Of a stretch of 64,000 bases of DNA, positions 22,568-45,096 are shown one piece after another. Source of the stretch: Botryllus schlosseri. Taxonomy: Eukaryota. The notes below the pieces were generated by a model. It ran no database searches, was not told the origin of the DNA, and was given only the letters and a program-made list of their open reading frames with translations. How positions within the stretch are numbered: the first letter of the stretch is position 1; each line of letters opens with the position of its first letter. Made by a program: the position numbers and the translations under genes. The stretch is taken from NCBI GenBank assembly GCA_051294905.1, contig CM119371.1, forward strand, positions 7,690,001 through 7,754,000, written 5' to 3'.

Positions 22568-24065
22568 TCATTTCAATATGAATATATTATTCAATTTACA
22601 ATAAAATATACAATATTACAAGATACGATTTCTCAGACATTGGTTTCCTTGGAAACTTCCACGCGTAATACAAGACAGGGCCAGGCCAGGCGAGGAAGAA
22701 AGCAGGGCCGTAACTGACCTACCTCATATGTAGTTGAATAGGCATAATTTACGGAATGAAACTAACGGTAATTGAAATTGTGAAGGAATGGTATATTCCA
22801 AGTATCGTCAAACACCAGCGGACACCGTTGGGAGGATTTAGTCCAGTGGTTCTTAACCTTTTTTTCTCCAGCGCCCCCTTTAAAAAATATCGTGCTCCAG
22901 CGCGCCCTCATATTGTAAGGATTGTAATAAAGACGATGCGTGAGGGGGAGGGTCGCAACTGCACTTCGTCAGCCCCCCTAAAACGATTGTCTTGGGCACC
23001 CATAGCGTGATAAACCAAACTTCTTAGGCTCTCGCCCTCAAGAATCCCGTCGCGTGATTTTTATGGTCAGCAAAGTTCATGGGGCCTGGTCGCTCTAGAA
23101 GCCAAAATCTTCTATAATGCATGAATGAAATAGGTTGTAATTGCATATATAGTCCCTATAAACTTTTTATCCTCTCAGCCCACGTAATCAGATTTACCAG
23201 TAGCGCTAAGTGAGCTGCTGTATTGGAAAATGAAGGCCACGTTATTAATAATTGAACATATTCGGGCGTGCCCGTTAGTACAATTAAATCGTTATATGTT
23301 ATTTTGTTACCTCTTGTCCGCTCTATAGTCAAAAGATATTAAAACGCATAAACGTATGAAACTGAAGTAAGCACTCGATTCAAAATTGGTATTTGGTTAC
23401 TGGCAAATAATTTTCTCTGATGGATGTTATTTGTCCTGTGGGGTGCAGATTGCGACGGCATGATGATTCGGCACGAGCGATTTAAGCACCTATGGACAAT
23501 TAGACTTACATACATAGAAGTTTACCCTCAACATAAAGGGCAATCCTCTACGGCTAAGGTTTTCTGGCTGACAATCTTTTTGACACACTTCTTGGAGTCC
23601 CATACTCATTCACCGAACTTCATATGTCTTTGTGCATCGTGACGTGGTAATGGCCGACGCCGTAATGCCTTTTTCTATTTCTATAATTATGAGTATTCTT
23701 TCGTGGGGGAGTCGTCAAAACATTATGTTTAATTTATGTTTATTCACCGATATAATTTAGGGCACCCTTCGAGCTAACCGATTGGGGGTTTGGGCTGCAG
23801 CAGTTTCGGTCTTGGTAAGAGGTCAAAGTTCAGTCGGTCTTTTTGGGACTTTATTATTGGAAATATTTCGCGCTTTAATCGCGCTCGAGGAACGTTCGAC
23901 TATAATAAACCATATAATAATTGTGTGTGGTATATACAGGGTAAAATCAAGGTTGTTATAACAACAATTTGGTACGCTCTCATACCCTGTGGTTCGAACC
24001 CTCCCGAATTCACATCGGCGATTGGCAATATGTGGAAATTATTGGTATTGGATTTTGCCTTAGTG

Positions 24066-25831
24066 CAGTGGTTCTCAACCTTTTTGTCTTCGCGGACCCC
24101 TTTTGGACCACCACGGACCCCTTTTGGACCACCACGGACCCCCGCAGACCCCCTCAACTTTTTATTCAAAATCAGCTCAATTATTGTGCAACCGTCGTCT
24201 ATCCTGTAAAAATATTAATTGCATGCTAGTGATAAACAGACGCAGAATGAATTTTCTTGAAAATATAACACCACACTATATGAAGAAATTGGTGACACTT
24301 TTAATATTTCGAAGCGAATTCTGCAGCTGTATTTATTGTCTTGAAAATACGCTTCTTCGATTTGATGTGAACGGGTGCCAAAATTTACTAACACAATGAT
24401 AGGCGGTGTCGAATGTATTATTATAGAATGTAAACGTGGAATGGCAATGACCGATTTTGCAGCTTCGTTCCGCTTCGCTGAAGCTTTACTCAGACTTATT
24501 TTACGGCAGCTACTGTAGGATTTCTGGCAATCCAAAAGTTGTCTTCCAGAGCTCAGAATTTACTGAATCTGGTCTTGATCGAAAGCTACTGTCGCACTGA
24601 TTCCGGAAATGTAAATAAAAATATGATCAGGCACTGAACCGCTCAGAATTCGCCCTCCAAGTCTGAATTATCGGCATTGTCCGAACAATCGAAGAGCCGC
24701 AATGGGTCATTGTTATGGTCATTGTTTTGCGGTCATCCGATTGTTCTGAACAATGCAGATTTTAGATGTTGAGGGTGGTTTTTCATCTCAGTACGGTGCT
24801 TCACCATATCTTGATTGATATTTTCGAAATCAGTGCGACAGTAGCTTTCGATCAAGACCGGATTCAGTAAATTCTTAGCTCTGTAATACAACTTTTGAAT
24901 TGCCATAAATTCTACAGTAGCTGCCGTAAAATAAGTCTGAGTAAAGCTTCAGCGAAGCGGAACGAAGCTGCAAAATCGGTCGCTGCCATTCCACGTTTAC
25001 ATTCTATAGTATTATCAATGCGTATAGCGCTTCCGACGACAGCTTTTGGTGTGAGTTTTTGATGAACATATCACGTCCAGTCTATACACCAGAGAAGAGT
25101 TCTCGAGGACACGTGTCGGAGGAAGAATATCGCTCCCACTGACTGACACGCATATTTTTCCAAACGTTGTGAAATTCGTTCTCGCAACAAAGCCATGTAT
25201 ATGAGTTTATATTTTGTAATGTAATACCCACCCCTAGATGTTAAATGACTTTTTCGATATGGCGAACAAGACCACTTGTGTTATAATCGCCAATCAAATA
25301 AAAAACAACAACAACAACGTCCAGTCTATTCATTTCTATCTAGCATCTCATCTTGAAGTTATTTGATGGTTATCCCAGGAGAAAATTGATTTAGTGGCGA
25401 GTTTTCACTTGCTTCAATGGGACAGATTAGGAAAATAGCAAGAATGTCTATTTCAAACGACTGTTTACCAATTTGCTCAGAATGACAACTCCAAATCCAA
25501 AATGTTTTGCAAACATTTATAAGTCACCCTGTTTGACCTTGCTTTCTCCAGCCAAACCCTAACAAAACTTCTCTAACCAGCATTATGTTTAGATCGGCAT
25601 ACTATTGGCAATTTGGTAATTAAAATGAGTTTGCACGGTCAGACATTTCATCTCTCACGACCATTTTAATGATGTTAGTACTAAAGTTTTAGCAATTTTG
25701 AAGCGAAACTGTCTGATACTTTCTGTATTTAAAAAAAAATTAATTATAGGTTATAATCAATTATTTTACAAATTTAGTGGCTTCGTGGACCCTCTGAAAT
25801 GACGTCGCGGACCCCCGGTTGAGAACCACTG
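24066..25831. mobile_element. Nested hAT-type MITE
   Basis: TIR CAGTGGTTCTCAACC; TSD CCTTAGTG/CCTAAGTG. Confidence 0.82.
24422..25008. mobile_element. Foldback (near whole-length palindromic) element
   Basis: TATAGAATGTAAACGTGG...CCACGTTTACATTCTATA with ~270-bp arms; partial copy at ~58795-59132. Confidence 0.85.
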
Positions 25832-26641
25832 CCTAAGTGCTTTGTATAACTATACGTAAGTCAACTGAGAATGGGATGCATATATTTGCTCACATTGAAT
25901 TTAGTACTGTACCCAGTTATTAGTTTTAACGTGAATGTACTCCAAAGAAAGCCACTCAGATTATAAAACGTTCATGCGATAGTATCATCCTTTATGATAC
26001 GATGAAGAAATATTCTGACGATTTAATTTTGTTGGTCCCAAATATAAGTATATTTAGTTATTCATTTCGTGCTCAAAGCTTCAAAACCTATTTTATGTAG
26101 AAGGGGCTCTCACTCTCAATCAAAAGTGATATACAGTGCCTCCTTCTTCGATTTTCACACGCTGTGCGCTGCGGGATATAATACCTAATTCGAAACAATT
26201 TGTTGAAAATAACCCTAGCAAGCGTGACGGCAGTGTTTTAAATAACGGGAAAAATTGGAGATCTAAAAGTACGCGCAATTCGTTTTATATGAATTATAAT
26301 AACCCACTACATTCATGAAAACATATGTAGCGAACATCGTCGCGTAGCGTGACCAAAAATATCGGGATTTGACAATTTTGTGGAATGTTAATTTGTTCTG
26401 AATACTCATTTAGGATATGTCCTAGTACCACATCATCTACTGCGAAGCTATTTTTCTTCAGCGCCCCCTTATCGCCCCCCTGAGCCCAGCGCTCCCCATA
26501 TCGCCCCCTAAGCGTTTCCGCTCCCTTTAAATTCGCCAGCGCTCCTTGCGGGGCGCTGGAGGCAAGGTTAAAAACCACTAATTTAGTCTAAGCGTGGGCA
26601 ACGAACGTATGCTGGACTATTATACTGAGGTCTCTAGGATC

Positions 26642-29600
26642 CAGAGGTGGTCAGTAACGAAGTACCTCTACTTTTTCGAAGTACTCAAGTAGTTTTCCTC
26701 TACATCTGGTACTTACTCAAGTAGATCTGATTTTCACTACTTATAATTCTTAATAGTTTGTTATCTACTTACTTACTTTCGCTATTTTCAGTTTGTCAAG
26801 TAGAAGTAGTTCAATCCTCCAACCAAGAAGGTAGCCTGGAAATTTCGGGTCTGCTTTCACGGAGTATTACCTTTTAACAGTGGCGGCTCGTGACAATATC
26901 GGGAGGTGGGGCAAGGGTTGCAAGCGAATTTTATCAAGATGACGTCACAATGGCGTTTTCCAACGTAAAAAGTAACTTGGTGGTACGGTAACACGAACTT
27001 TCCGATAACAGTGATTTTAACGTATGTGCTGCGAGAGGTCTGTCGGTGAGCTGTGACTTGTAGTGTGGTAACTGCGTAAACGGCGTACGGAACAAAGATT
27101 CGACATGGTTCATGTTCGCACTATACCTGACTAATTATCTGCAGAAATGGAAATGACTATAACTCGAGAGATTGCGTAAGCCTAACAGGAAAGGTCAACG
27201 AGTTCGGACACATACGCAATTGTTATCTCATAGACTACGAAACTACGGAACTACGGATAGCAGCCTCGGAAATTCGGTCCCAGTACAGCATAGGAGATTT
27301 TGGCCTTGAGGCTGTCACACGACACATACGACTTACGGTCTATAGTGTCTATATGTATGCTGCAAAATCGCCTTTGGAGAATATATTACCGAATAAATAC
27401 GTGGATGAAAGCCGAAAACTTGGTACACTGTTACATGAAATCATCGAGAAGTAGCCTCATGACCGTTTTCGGTATGGTACACTGTCAAAATTAATACGAA
27501 CAGACCAACACCGAATTTTGCGTAAAATTTACTGAGGAATAGGCTGATCAAGCGATCAGCTGTTAGTCGCCATCGAAAACGAAACAGCTATCGCGCTTGA
27601 CAGGGGTTGTAATTGTAAGGAAATGGCCTGAAGGCCACAATTTGACGGTGAAATGGACATTGGAGAATATAAAATAAAAGTAATTATTTGAATGCAAAAC
27701 GAGGATGTTAGTAAACTGTTTCATGATATCATCATCTCATCACCTATCTCAGTATGGAACACAGTTAGCGTTAACACAGATACACCGGCTATTACGTGAA
27801 ATCCGCAATGCGTTAGGTAGGCTAAGTGTCAGATCAGCGCACATCTCTACCATGCTCGACCTTGAAAACGAAATAGCTGCCCTAATCATTGAGTGCCAAC
27901 CTTGAGACTTGGCACAGCGTTCGATACTAAAATCAAGACATACCATGCAAAAGCTCATGACGGATCTAGGTAAGGAGAATCCTTAAAATCAATGGAGACC
28001 AATACCGGCTTTGCGTAAAATATGTTTTCGATAAATGACGAGTCAGCTCTCACTCGACTTAGGAAACGAAATTACCACTAACATAGTTCAGTGACAAACT
28101 TGAAACTTGGTACAGCGTTCGTTACTAATATTAAGACTTACCGTACCAAATGTCATGACCGATCTCGGCATGGAACAGCACACACTCAACTTCGGAAACG
28201 GAATTACTACCCTGAAATTTAAGTAGAAACCCTGAAACTTGGGACAGTGTCAAATAACACCATCACGACATGACATACCAAGTTTCAAGAATTATCATGG
28301 TGTGAAACACCATCAAAATCGACCTATACCAGCAAAGGTCGACTAAACGCATATGACGGTCACCGAGTTCAGATATAGATATGTTTGTTACATCACACCT
28401 GAAGGGCAACCAGGCTATGTTGTCCCACCTGCTAGGTAATTTTATGAATAGGTGAGAGTAAATCACTGTTTCTTTATTGTGCACAGCTTTGAGAGAATAG
28501 ACAGTGAAAGCTTGTTATGAGCGCTACCGGGGCATTCCCCGCAGAGACTTCGCTATATATGGTAAAGAATTGTCATTGAACTGAATTTTAGGTGGGGCAA
28601 TGCCCCAGTTGTCCGATAGGACGTGCCGCCACTGCCTTTTAATTTTCATAATAGTTGAGTAAAGCCCATAATTCTCGTCGCGCTTCGCGTCCAGTGGATT
28701 CAGGGTGATCAGTATAATTGCACGATAGTATCGGCGAATATAATTTAGGTAACGGTTTGGCGTGGTTCCCTTCACACCACATTGTTGCCCTTCGCCCATA
28801 TGAAATAGTTCATCACAGTGTATATGGCTCATCGTAACGTTTTAATCTGATATTTCGCAATCTAGCATTTACTTATCATATCGTAATCTAGCATGTCCAT
28901 GGCGTGTCCTAATCTGAAAAAAAGGACTGCACATGTGCCTTTTTTAGTTTTAAAGCCGTTTTAACATCCCGCCTTTGAAATTTTCTGGACTAAAGACATG
29001 GACTACATGTTCCGCTTTTAGAAGTAGTATTTATATTTCACTTTTCAATTCCCAGTATCATATACTTTGAGTTCTAATTCATATCAGTTCTTTTGTCTGG
29101 ATAACATACATGTTGAAGCATGAAAGCAAGTGTAGTAGGCTAATGCCTTTAATTCCCGGAAATAAAGATCCACAATATGGCATTTTTATGATCGACCATA
29201 TTTTTTATTAACGTTTACTTATCGCGCAAAGTGTTTATACCGTATTCTATACATATTCTCCGAATCGCTCTCCGACAAAACTACGGGCCTTATAATATGG
29301 GGGATTGCGTCATATCATGATATTTTCTAAAACGTGCTGTTCGAGGAAACAGAGGATTAGTATCGCATTCTCATATCAATACTATCATTTTCATCCCATG
29401 ATGCGGACGAATGCTTATGCTGTCGAAAATTGGATACCTCCTGGTATGCATCAATATGAACCAAGCTCGGCACCTTTCGCATAGCTCAAATTGCACCTTT
29501 TGACAGTCCATGTGAACGAATTACGATCGTTTTCTCAACTACTTACTTACTTAGTAGATTTAAAGTCAGTCAATTCTACTTATACTTGAAGTAGTTTTAG

Positions 29601-29704
29601 GTTGCTTATGGAAGAAGTACTTCTACTCGTACTTGAATAGATTTTTTTCGTCGTTACTTCCACTTCTACTTAAGTAGCTTTCTTGACTACTTTGAGCACC
29701 TCTG
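26642..29704. mobile_element. Non-autonomous hAT-like element with nested insertion
   Basis: TIR CAGAGGTG / CACCTCTG; perfect TSD CTAGGATC. Confidence 0.88.
26878..28634. mobile_element. Nested DNA element
   Basis: TIR CAGTGGCGGC / GCCGCCACTG; perfect TSD CCTTTTAA; absent from the sister element 5947-7209. Confidence 0.88.
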
Positions 29705-30362
29705 CTAGGATCCAACCCGTTCCACGCTGGGACACATGAAGACATTAAGGTTTGGCCAACATGCGGCTGCGCAAAGTGAGGTAGGCTACCACAAAGATCG
29801 TCGGCGATAAAACACTGGCCCAGACCAACCGTCTCTGGTTGGTCAAAGCCTTCGATATTTATTTGTCCGTTTGTGTCGAAATGATAAGCTCTAAATAGGC
29901 CCGTCCTTGCAATCTTACCCCGCAGTACAAATGCTACCCGTAGAGGAAAATGATGCACCGCGACTTCAAATCGAATGCGCGACATACATGTTGCATAAAA
30001 CATACATAATAGCATTAAAGTGCAATCATTTAGATGTGTGAGGTTTGGTTAGCGGGATGTCACTAAACTCCTATCTGGTCGCGGTAAAATACTTCAAAAA
30101 CCACTGCATAAAATAAATAACTTTCCTGCTCGAGTATAACTTCGGACATTACCTTTCTCTGGACATCATATTCAAACACATCTCCAGTCTTCCGTGTCTT
30201 CACCCTTACTAATACATTAGTAACAACATGAAGAATTGTGTGTCGCTATTTTCAATTAAAATCATTACAAATATCAATTTTTGTTTTGGAAAAAGGTTAC
30301 TGAAGTCGATTGCCTAATATGTACAACATGGTATATCGAAGACAGCATCAACACGCATATAT

Positions 30363-41420
<11,058 letters not shown>

Positions 41421-41836
41421 GATTAACAAACGAATTTTGTTTTATCCGATTTATCTGCAATATATGTGCGATAAATTTTCAGGGACATATCGGATAGGCA
41501 TATCTCTTGTCGAATTATGGATTACATCTTACAGACGTTATTCCACATCAGTATCAATCAACAGCAATGCTTGGCATACTTACGCTGATCGACTACGCGG
41601 CCGGAGACCTATGTAACCATGTATCAGCATCACTTATTTCTAGTGAATATTGGTCTTACGTTAAACAGTTGGACACTCACGCGAATGTTTGGTAAACAGG
41701 CTTCGTTTACGAACTTACTTAAGGCTAAAATGAAAGTACAGTAGAAATGATTAGTCACGTCTTTCATTGAACTAGAGACTTGTCCCGGCTAGATTTGATA
41801 CTTGCACTATCGCGTTTCACACTAGAGGCATCCTAG

Positions 41837-44323
41837 CAGTGTTGGGATGAAGTCACCACCTTCGATTCACGAGTCATTTCGAGTCATTGCGCATTTTGAC
41901 TCGAGTCAAGTCAAGTCAATCGATTTTCAAAGGTAACTCGTGTCAAGTCGAGTCAAGTCAAGTCAAGTCAGGAGTCAAGTCACATTTCAAGTCATGTTGC
42001 CTTTCCGAAGTATGTATGAGGCATGATTACGTCATTGCAATTTGCTATCTGTCTGAAATACAGTTTGCGTGGGCATTGATGCAGAACCGATGAACGAATA
42101 TCGAGTTAAATATACATGCAAGAAGACGCTGTATCGCTCACATAGATGTAGAACTGTTAAACTACGTAATTGCATAGCCTCAGTTTATAGCTACCATCCA
42201 TAATAGAGAATAAATAAACGAATTGATAAGATGCCATACATTACCCATTTACAAATAGATATGATACCATTCGAGCCCGCGCCAAAGGTTGAAGAATATA
42301 TAAACTCTATTCGACTTCAATTCCAATAAAATAAGAGGTTTGGTAAAGGTAAAAACAGAGAGCACGAATACTTTACTACTAGAGTTACGACAACGTAAGC
42401 TATAAGCTTCGATCACTTCGTCCGAGGTCAATTTATTTGTGAGAGAACAATCGAGGCTCAGTAAAACGCGCGGTCAATCGGCCACTGAATGATTAGTCCA
42501 GAGGTCTCAAACTCAAATGTGCTCGCGGGCCATTTACCAGTTTTTGATGATGCCGCGGGCCGCAGCACCAATCTTAGGGATATTCAATGTATAATTTCAA
42601 AGTAGGCTTTATTTGACGGGACCTTGCAGACAGGCATTCCACAAACATCGTGGTAATGTAATTTACTATTGCATTATTCACTCTTGACACGAAAAAAACA
42701 CATTTTCAAATATTTCAATAAAATTGATTTTGTGCCGGGCATATTTTTTCAAATTAATTAGTTATAGACATCTTACGAGAGCATGCCTCATGACATCGTA
42801 AAACTGTCGGGTTATAATATTGCAGCTAGTGGACATTTAACGTGCCACAATTATATGTAAAATATTTTAAAATCTACTGAAGATAGATCTGATATCAGAG
42901 CATTTGAGCGGTGTAGCCTAATCCTGGTTTTGATACAGTCGTGATAAGTATCGGCTGTTGTTATTGTCATTGCCAAAGTCAAACTAAATCAGCGTTAGAT
43001 TTTGCCTTCGATTAATATTGGAATACATCAATAACCAATAACGACCTAAATATAATCATTATTGAGCCATAGTAATAGCATTGCCTCTTAACCTTTTTAG
43101 CGATCGTAACCCTTGTGCTTCCGATCAGATTTCTCGTAAGCGTAGCCCCTGTCCATTTACACCACAGTTTTTGATGGTATTAAAAACAGAAAGCCCGTTC
43201 ACATGAAATCGCGCGTAGCGCGGGGACTATTTTTCAGTTGAATCTATTGGCAAAGAAAATATTCCAAAGCATATAGGCCTAATTTCACAATGCATCTCGT
43301 ACACCCTGATGTGGTGCTTCGTACCAGTATGGAGTCTACGGACCCTGGTTAAGAGCCCCTGGAATTGAAATGTCCAACCGGCGATGAATTCATTGGCGTT
43401 ACAGCAGTAGAGCGTACTACTATCTTACACGCCAACGATAATAACATGGATAAAGAGAACAAACAACACCTAGCATATATTCAACTATAAGTCACGGGGG
43501 TCACAGAATACCAATGGCTGCCACACTGACCTGATTAGATAGCTATGTACCCCACGCAACGCAAGCTACAAACTTTTGATACATAACTATTTCCGATGAC
43601 AGTATCATAGATTGTTGCGTCCGTAGGATTACCAACCAAGTCACCGTTCCTAGTCGCAAGTCCTTCTCTGATTTTGACGTTTGACCCGACTCAACTCGCG
43701 TCATTTTAATTTAATCACACAGTTAATCCGAAGTTGAGTAACGAAAAGGTCGCATCAAACCAAATCACAATTTTCAGTCACGAATCATCAAGGAGTCATG
43801 TCTTATCATTATAAACTAGAAACGAGACGTAATAGCCGATCTTCCACAGCATGGTAGCTTTTAAAGGTGATGTGACAGTGAAGTTTGTTGAGATTTCAGT
43901 TATTTTATAGTAGTTTTAGCGTGAACTTTAAGTTCTTATATCTAAAAGATATACGGCACTTGAATATATTAGTGAATACTTGAAATTCCAAAATGCCGTC
44001 GCGGGCTGCACAAAATGGTCTCGAGGGCCGCATGCGGCCCGCGGGCCGCGTGTTTGAGACCTCTGGATTAGTCGCTCTCACGGGTTACACGAGCGTTTGG
44101 CGAACAATCCGAACATATGAGAGATACAATCATTTTTATCGACACCGATTACTTGATGACTTGAAATTGACTCGTGCATTTTGCTCCGATTCACGAGTCA
44201 ATCCACATTTCTGATATGCCGAGTCAAGTCAAGTCAAGTCATTTTAACAAAGTGACTCGAGTCAAGCCAAATCATGCGAAAAAGGTGACTCGAGTCAAGT
44301 CAAGTCGGGTCATCCCAACACTG
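41837..44323. mobile_element. GAGTCAAGTC-rich hAT-type MITE ~420 bp upstream of the gene B start codon
   Basis: TIR CAGTGTTGGGATGA / TCATCCCAACACTG; TSD CATCCTAG/CATCCGAG. Confidence 0.88.
42499..44065. mobile_element. Nested hAT-type element (copy-1 specific)
   Basis: TIR CAGAGGTCTCAAAC; perfect TSD GATTAGTC; diverged partial relative at ~49700-50585. Confidence 0.9.
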
Positions 44324-44380
44324 CATCCGAGATATATAGCTTTGGTCATTTGTCAGGGTAAATGAATTGTCTCTTTATAG

Positions 44381-45096
44381 CAGGGCAGCATACCTTTTAA
44401 GCCAAAGGGCCACATTCGATTGACGAACTATTGCGCGGGCCACTAGCCGCGCGAAGCGCGAAAATTTGTCGAAGTTCATAGGTCAATAATATTTTCACTT
44501 GACTATATTGCGGGCCTGTTGTATATCGCTGGGCTCGGTTTGCGAAGACTGGGCTATTCGGCGCATGGACATATCGATATCGAAAGCTGCGACCAACATG
44601 CGTCAATCATTTCGTGTCTATATAGGTTTCATAGTCGGCGGTCTTACTGCGAGCGCAAACGCAATGTTGCATAGGCTATATGTTGAACGACACTTTGTCT
44701 CGTAATCGCGAATATAGTTGGACTCAATCTGATACATTAGGTATTCTTCCATTTTCACAAAAGGGCAACAATATTAAAAACAAGAAATCGAGTGACAACA
44801 TGTTGCACCAAGCTCGTAGAAAATTTTTACCTTTGATAAATCTATCGCAAATTATTCTGCTTTATTGTAGTGTACGGAGATATACCAATATGTGAATGGC
44901 TGATGGATCTGTCAATGCGTCCGAACTGATATTTTAGTCATCACATCTCAAGTGTTGCGGCCAGACTAATCAAATTTTTGGTTCGCCTTGCATGTTCACA
45001 ATCTGTGCAATCCATTTTTGATGATATTAGAAATTTCGGAAATTACCTCGCGGGCCACTCAAAACCTTCTCGCGGGCCACGGGTTGGCCGGCCCTG
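44381..45096. mobile_element. hAT-type MITE (copy-1 specific)
   Basis: CAGGGC / GCCCTG; perfect TSD CTTTATAG. Confidence 0.88.

Larger units (their letters stand above)
19940..22593 (+). mobile_element. Penelope-like retroelement insertion: 5'-truncated copy with inverted partial copy and repeated 3' UTR (pLTR) pieces
   Basis: RT/GIY-YIG ORF; 1072-bp inverted arms; 3' UTR repeats at 19943-20125 (-), 20132-20192 (+), 22497-22593 (+); candidate TSD ATTTACAATA at 19930-19939 and 22594-22603. Confidence 0.9.
22844..26580. mobile_element. hAT-type non-autonomous element with nested insertions
   Basis: TIR CAGTGGTTCTTAACCTT / AAGGTTAAAAACCACTA; TSD ATTTAGTC. Confidence 0.8.

Noticed and set aside
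41870..41995. GAGTCAAGTC arrays as CRISPR-like repeats
   Set aside because: No regular unique spacers, eukaryotic context; they are subterminal repeats of a TIR/TSD-bounded MITE.
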